From Rotaria socialis (lineage: Eukaryota), in the NCBI GenBank assembly GCA_905331295.1, contig CAJNYD010000015.1:1-64000 (forward strand): a stretch of 64,000 bases of DNA. The letters run 5' to 3'. Every line of letters begins with the position of its first letter. The first letter of the stretch is position 1. This document shows, piece after piece, positions 56,578 through 64,000 of the stretch. The notes beneath the pieces are model-generated. The model saw only the letters and a program-made list of their open reading frames with translations. It ran no database searches and was not told the DNA's origin. A program made the position numbers and the translations under genes.

Positions 56578-59500
56578 ATGTTGCGATCTCGTATTTGGAC
56601 TAGTTATCAAACGTTATCTCAACGTACTATTACAACTGGAACGAAAGCAGCTTTTAATAATGAGAACAAGCAAGAACAAAGTGATAAAACAAATGAATAT
56701 CAATCATCGAATAATACATTTAATCCACCACGACGACCATTAACTCAACAGTTTACACATCAAGTAACAAATCAAATTCCACCACTGGAATATATTGATT
56801 TATACAAAAGTGATTTAGTATTACTTGAATTTCTAACTAAAGAAAATAAAGGTCAAATTAAAGATATGGGTGCTGAATTAGGTACTTTTCATTGGTTTGA
56901 AGAGGGTCAATTGGCTAACCGATATACACCATCATTACATCAGTTTGATCGCTATGGACAACGTATTGATGAAGTTAATTTTCATCCGGCTTATCATGAT
57001 CTTATGAAAATTGGAATGAGATATGGAGTAAGTTAATGAGAATAACAACACAAATAATTTTTCAAAATTAAAAGATTAGTTGACTGATTTGAAAGCTTAC
57101 TTGGTTCAAGTCGGCAAAGAATAAGTTCATCGATGTAGACCGGTCTAAAAGAAAAGAATCATTCGAATTATTGTTCATCGTGCAAATCTAAAAGGATTCT
57201 TTATCATAGACATATAGAGGTGAATTTGAACCGTTCTATTGGGTTTTAAATCCTACTACAAGTGTAGAGTAGTAAAAGAGAATCTCAACCTGGAATTCCA
57301 GTTTCGCATACATTTAATGGCTGCTTGAATATACTGCAAGTTTCAATCAAAAATATATACCTTTAACTGATGACTTAAGATTACGTAAAGTAGTTGTGTG
57401 AAACACACGTCAGAATACAATTAATAGATAAAACAATAAAGAAGTTGTTCTGAGTAAAAATTTTCAAGAGTTTTTCTAAGATAATGATAAAATTTTGTCT
57501 ATTTTTCTGATTTATACTTCAGGCTTAGTCGAATATTCACTAAAAACTTATAATAATCTGACTTGACAAGCTTATGATGATGAAACTTTTTAGAATTTTT
57601 CTAATATCATCAAGATGTGTACATGGTGGCCTCGTATAAACTCAAACATTTGGTACCCATTCAGATAGTTTCATTATAAGTATGATTTTTAACGTTTGGG
57701 AATAATTACTAATAAGAGATTATGAATAGCAATATCACCAAGCTCACGAAAATATTACTTCATACTACTAAACGAAAGCAAGTAATTTCAACTTTAAACG
57801 ATAACTTACTATGGCAAGTCTATATAAGCAAGATTTTGTTTTGAAAAAATTGACCTACTTACTAGTTTCATTTATTTTATAAGCCATAGGAAAACAAAAT
57901 CAATTTTTTTGTCTGTAATCAAAATTCTTTGAAAACAATGAATACTTACCGAAATTTTTATAGCTGCAACTCAATTTCACGAGTTATCAGACATTACTGT
58001 TGTCTTCTTTTACTTTGAAACACAATCATTAGATATTATTATAATTACAGACAAAGTATATTATCTATTTTTCAAATTTGTTGTTTTCATTGATCTGAAG
58101 TCTAAATACCAACATTGAATAATAATTTGTATATCATCGTTAGGTTCATTCTGTTGCTTGGGAACCATTAGCAGGTTCTAGAAACAATTTCAATCCACAT
58201 GGACATTTGCAACATGCTGTAATTAAATCAACGTATAAAACGATAACATATAACATCTAAAAGTTTCCTTTCTCAAGGCAGGTTTATATATTTTAACACA
58301 AGTGGAAGCAGGTGTTTGCTGTCCATTGTCAATGACTTATGCTGGTTATCCAATTCTACATCGTTATCTTCATAATACAAACAAAAAATTAACAGACAGT
58401 TTTCCATTAGATCGAATTTTATCTCGTCAATATGATAAACGATGTATACCAGCCAATGCTAAATCGGGCTTAACAATCGGTTAGAAAGAATTTTATAATT
58501 ATTTTTTTTCAAGAAATATTTTGAAATTTGCTGATAGGAATGGCATTAACTGAAAAACAAGGTGGTAGTGATGTTCGAACAAATACAACAAAAGCTTATT
58601 GTGATAGTCCCGAAGAAAAACGTTACATTCTAATTGGTCATAAGTAAAAGAAAACTAAATAAACGAAGAATTCATTTTTATTTCTTACTGTCTATTAGAT
58701 GGTTTTGCTCAGCACCAATGAGCGATGGTTTTCTTGTTCTTGCTCAAATTCAAAACAATGATAATGCTAATCAACCTTCATCTCATAGTGTACCATCGTG
58801 CTTTTTTGTCCCACGTTGGTTACCGAATGGCGACCGTAATCCATTTCATATTCAACGATTAAAAGATAAACTTGGTAATCGTTCAAATGCATCGAGTGAA
58901 CTTGAATTTAATAATACTCAAGGTGTACGTAAATATAAATATTATTTAATCAAATTAAGTTGTTCAAAAACAATTTTCTTATTCTAGTGGCTACTGGGAA
59001 AAGAGCATGACGGTATTAAAGTTATCATAGATATGATAAATGGTACACGTTTAGATTGTGCTATTTCAAGTGCTGCATTAATGCGACAAGCTCTTGTCCA
59101 AGTAAATATTATTCTATATAAAAACAAAAGCTGTTTTTCTATTTTAACTTATATTAGGCTACGTGGCATGCTCGTCACCGTAAAGCTTTTGGCCGATTGT
59201 TAATCGATCAACCCCTTATGAAACAAGTCTTAGTTGATTTATTACTTGAATCTGAAGCAGCCACAACTTTAGTTATGCATCTAGCAACACTGTACGATAG
59301 TATCTATAATAATATTCTTTCAAATAATACCAAGGAAATGAATGCACTAGCTCGAATAGCATCAGCACTGGCTAAATTTTGGATTTGTAAACGAACACCA
59401 GAGACAACATATGAAGCATTAGAGTGTCTTGGCGGCGCAGGATTTGTTGAAGAATCAATAATGCCACGTATATATCGTGAAGCACCAGTAAACAGTATAT

Positions 59501-61152
59501 GGTAAATATCTTAATTAGAAAGAATTAGAGCATGGATTGAATTTAAAGTTTGCCTAATTGCTATTCTCAGATTCAGTTTTTCAAGTTTCCTCTAGCAATA
59601 TTGTTTTTATAGTTTGAATTACTATGAAAGAATCAGAAAAAGACTATCAAATTGAAATATGCCACAAGCGATAATGCTCATTAGTAACTATGTTTTGACG
59701 AAAGCTCATTTTTTTTTAAATTTCATTTATCAAATACAAGGAAAAATTTTATGTATGACTTTTGAAAAAGAATATATTAATTGATTGTTGAGATAAATTG
59801 CTAGTTTCAATATATTCGTAAGAAATCATAACTTTGCTTCTATTTTCAGACATTTCATTTATCATCAATTCAGTTCCAATAAAATACGATGCACATATCC
59901 TGAAAAACATTTCGTTTACGTTTGCCAAGCGAGTGTAATCTAAATGAAGTTCATAATCTCTTGAAAGAACACTAGTAAAATGTTGTAAGAATGTCTAACG
60001 ATGACGAGTTTTAAGAAGGGCCGCTGATTTTGACATTTAGAAGTCTTTTGATTTGCTTTTATCTTGAAGTAAGAGTATAGAATCTGATGATTTATTTGAG
60101 TTATGTAAAATATACGCTATTACCATAATTGTATTATCACGTAGAAATCGTTGAATGCCAAAAACTGATGTTACTACTTTTCTTGCATGAGATCAACACA
60201 TTTATTTAAGACAAATTACAATTACAGTTTCTTCATAGCAGTATGCGAATGACAAGAAGTGTTTTCAGCATGTTCTTTTTTAAGCTCATTTTGAATCTGA
60301 ATGGTCCGTATAAACTCGACTCACAAGGAATTTAAAGATTTTCTATCTTCTACACTAAATTTGAAGAAAAATAAATTTCCTTTGAAATGAGCTTGTTACG
60401 AGTTTAAAACTTTTAATACGAGAACTCCTAGTTCTGATTGGTTGCTATCGTATCGAGAACATCAATATATTTCCACAATTAAAAACTATTTTGCAATATT
60501 CATACGTCAACCTCTTCTTTCAGCATGACAAGTACAAGGAAAAGAAAGAAAAACAAGATTCAGAAAACTATTATGACTCGATACTTTTAGTGTAGTCCAA
60601 TTTTAGTAGACTTTTCTGTCATTGCCAAACAATGTTTCCCTGGAAAAAACAGCTTCCTACTGTGTCAAAAACAGTATTGCTAGAGGTCACGCAACAGGCT
60701 CTATTCAACCTTGAGAAAAACAAATTAGACTTCGATTCCTAATTGCTAATAGTTTACATACCATCTGCGCTTGCTTTAGGGAAGGCAGTGGAAATGTGAT
60801 TTGTTTGGATATATTACGTTCATTGAAAAAATCTCCAGAAGTACTTCAAGCATATTTATTATTCATGCACCAAACCAAAGGCTCAAATAAATATTTAGAT
60901 GCAGCATTAGAAAATATTGAAAAAAAATTATTAAAACAAAATCTTCCGATGCATATGCTCGAACGTCATGCACGAACTTTAGCTACACAATTAGCATTAT
61001 GTCTTCAAGCTGGTTTACTTGTTCGTCGTTTACCACAAACAGTTAGTAATGCATTTTGTTCATCACGTCTTGGACCTGATCGTGGTTCCATATTTGGTGA
61101 TTTACCGATGGACATTGATATAGACGCGCTTTTAAAAAGATTACCGTTCTAA
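56578..61152 (+). CDS. aidB: AidB-type acyl-CoA dehydrogenase-family flavoprotein (bacterial type), 8 exons, putative mitochondrial presequence
   Basis: THQVTNQIPPL, DRYGQRIDEVNFHPAYH, QVEAGVCCPLSMTYA, IGMALTEKQGGSDVRTNTT, GHKWFCSAPMSD, CFFVPRWLPNGDRN..IQRLKDKLGNRSNASSELEF, TRLDCA, AKFWICKR, EALECLGGAGFVEE, YREAPVNSIWEGSGNVICLD. These match the AidB motif order as I recall it. Confidence 0.9.
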
Positions 61153-61469
61153 TTTCTTTATTAGTGTCGTGTACATAAAAGATTTGATTTTTTTTATAAA
61201 TGAAAAAAAAAACATTTAATTCAATATTCATAAACATATAGTAAATACTACTGAATAAATTCTTATCTGAGCAGAATCAGCTTAGATATTATTCCATGTT
61301 TAATAAATAGAAAAAAATTTCATTATCAAAAATAACTTCCAGATTCATAGGATATGTCATTGATATCTTATGCAAAAACGAAAAGAATAAAAATTAAAAA
61401 AAATACTGAGCTTAATCTTGCGTTTCGTTTTTTTTTGTAATCCGACATTTACATTGCATAAAGGTCCTT

Positions 61470-62259
61470 TTATCTTCTATCATTATAATCGATTTGGTCA
61501 TTGTAATCTTCATCCAGATCATCATCATCTATATATGGAATAATTCCCCGACCTTCGTATGCTCCTGAGTTATCAACTAAATTTAGATTTGTTGAAAGAT
61601 TTTGTATTTGAAGAAGACGACGAACTAATGCAGAAAATTCTGCATAATCTACTTGACGATTTCCATCTAAATCAGCTTCTCGAATCATATCATTAAGTTC
61701 GTCATCGGTTAATTTTTCACCTGAAAAATAATTCGATTTATGTAAATAAAATAAAATAAAATAAAATATGTCTTTTACCAAGATTACTCATCACAGAACG
61801 AAGTTCCATCTCAGTAATAAAACCATTTCCATCCTTATCAAAGATCCGGAAAGCTTCGTTAACAAGTTCATCATTGAAAATTTCTAATTTACTGTCACCT
61901 TTACGATTCATCATTGATTTAAACTCATCAAAATCTATCAGACCATTACCTAAATATTTAAATTGAAAAAATTAAATTTTATTGCTTATAAAAATATGCT
62001 ATTTAACGAACCATCTTGATCAGCTTCTCGTATCATTTTTTCTAATTCAGCCGAAGTTGTTTGATAACCAATCGAATGTATAACATAGGCAAGATCTTTT
62101 GTACGAATAGCACCACCGCCAATACGATCAAATAAAGCAAAAGCGTCTTTTAATTCTATTTTAAAATAAAAACGTCATATTATACATATACGTGTACACA
62201 TTTCAATGAAACATACTGTTTTCTTGCTCAATTGAAATAGAATTCGCTCGCATTGTCAT
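61470..62259 (-). CDS. Calmodulin-like EF-hand protein with acidic C-terminal extension, 4 exons
   Basis: [111 protein letters not shown], followed by a tail. Confidence 0.88.
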
Positions 62260-63725
62260 CAGTAATATTGATAATAATAATCAACAATAACAGTATCGAA
62301 CATGAATAAATGAGAAGAAAAAAGGCACAAACAAGAAATTAGACTTGTCACGCGATCGTTAATGAGACAATGAAGCAGAAGCAAAGGAAAACTATTTCTA
62401 GGCCTGCGATTCTTCAAAAGTCTTGATGCGATACTGTTTTTGTGTCAGCTAGCTGTCTATGTATATGGTGGATTTCGTCGTTGTTAATATTTTCTATATG
62501 TATGCTTTTTTTGTATCTCTCTATCTATCTATTACTTAAGATGTGCTAGTGCGCTTCTCAATTGCCATACGAACAAACATCATAAGCGAAGACTAGGATT
62601 GGTTGCATCAATGCGCGTTCGTGCGTCATCCAACGATTAACAGAACTTGTATGATAGCGAACATAAGCCTGCTGTCGTTATTCTGACAAGCGAAAGCCAC
62701 AACACAACAACCCCTTTCTCTGTCTATATTTATAATAAATGCTTTTATAGGCACTTGTAGACAGTTATTATATATATTACGTTGCTAAATTTAAAATAAA
62801 ATAAAAACGACAAAAAAAAAATATATATATATATATAGTGTTTGTTTATTTTCATAATGATTCTAATTTATTTTCAGTATGCATGCATCATCATTAAAGA
62901 ATGACATATAGTTGTATATTTCAAGTAGTTTGAATTTTCTTATCAAATAAGAACGCACGAAACATGAGCAGCACAAAGTACAGGAAAACAATAAGAACTC
63001 AAAGAATATAACACTTGTTGACCTTGGTATTCTTGTACAATGAAAATAATATTATAGTTTCACGTAATTTATTTAATATCAAAGAAAAAAATAATCATAA
63101 AATTTATTTTTAATTAAAAGTATTCGTAGTCGGAGTACGAAAGAATATTTCTTTATACTAGAAAAACCGAGGATATGCTATTTTTGTCATTGTTATTAAC
63201 CCTCCAATATTCCACTACCCATCGTATTATGTATGTACATTGGATGGTCTCATATTATTGCAATCTTCTCTTTCTTTTGTGTCTTGTATTCATAAGAAAG
63301 GGGGAAAAAATAGTTGTTCGTTCTTTGGTTAGCATAACCTCAATATGGTTTCTAGTGGGTTATTTCTTTCTCGTTGATATCCGCTTTTGTATATATGTTC
63401 CCTAACATGATGTGGCGCAGAAATATTTCTCTTGTTTTTTCGATAACATACTAGATCTTTCTTTTTTTCTTCTTCTCTTTTGTCGACAATTGTACAGTTA
63501 GTTCTGTTCTTGCTCGTTGTGCACATTTGGTATCAAGCAAGAATTGTGTATGGAGAATTTTCTTTGGTTATTATTTATAGGAAACAAACAACGTAGTGCC
63601 GCCTATCTATCTCTTTTTCTTCTTCTTTTTCGCTCTGTTTGTAGAGATTGTACTTCAGGAAGCAACAGTAGATATTTGCCGAGTAATACGTTCTTTCTCT
63701 GCAACTAAATAACATACATAGTATC

Positions 63726-64000
63726 ATGGTGAGTGAAAATTGCTTTATTTGAGGATAATGCTATAAGTTACAGAAAATTTCTTTCTTTTTTTAAGGCTGA
63801 AGAGGAGCAAGAATTTCAATTGACCGATGACCAAGTCGCTGAAATTCGAGATGCATTTAATATGTATGACAAAGAACGAAAAGGTGAAATTCCCACATCA
63901 ATTCTTGGCACAGTCATGAAAAATCTTGGACACAATCTAAAACCTGATCAATTGGCCGAATGCATTGATGCAGTTGATGGCGATGGTGTGTTAATTAAAC
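63726..64000 (+). CDS. Calmodulin/troponin C-like EF-hand protein, 5' part (truncated by window end)
   Basis: ATG-only first coding exon (atg|gtgagt at 63726), then AEEEQEFQLTDDQVAEIRDAFNMYDKERKGEIPTSILGTVMKNLGHNLKPDQLAECIDAVDGDG. Confidence 0.8.

Noticed and set aside
57028..60779. Possible transposon remnants in the two long aidB introns (also near 11750, 18300, 33850, 51250)
   Set aside because: TE-like texture, but I could not define paired TIRs or TSDs.
1..64000. tRNA, rRNA or other structured RNA genes; bacterial contamination
   Set aside because: No RNA gene recognised by eye. The bacterial-type genes carry spliceosomal-type introns and lie between clearly metazoan genes.

Overview
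AT-rich eukaryotic (animal) genomic DNA with compact genes and many short (~50-70 bp) GT-AG introns. This style, together with intron-containing genes of bacterial type, suggests a bdelloid rotifer, but that is my inference. Genes in order: XRN2; a turtle/IGSF9-like 5-Ig + 2-FN3 receptor; two innexin copies encoding identical proteins; a 7-TM gustatory-receptor-like (GrlHz/DUF3537-type) gene on the minus strand; a small 2-TM guanylyl cyclase; a claudin/PMP22-family gene; a MESR3-like WH1+CRIB gene; a BCL11-like zinc-finger factor; a pseudogenised bacterial-type SAM methyltransferase; a bacterial-type AidB acyl-CoA dehydrogenase with 7 introns and an apparent mitochondrial presequence; and a divergent pair of calmodulin/troponin-C-like genes, the second cut off by the window end. 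Non-autonomous transposons: two hAT-type MITEs (one almost fully palindromic), a Helentron-type element and a foldback-like element. The strongest leads are (1) the apparently domesticated, mitochondrially targeted AidB, (2) a gene-conversion tract between old innexin duplicates whose direction can be read from the sequence, and (3) a head-to-head pair of a GRL channel and a minimal guanylyl cyclase. All family assignments come from recognising motifs by eye; no database searches were run.
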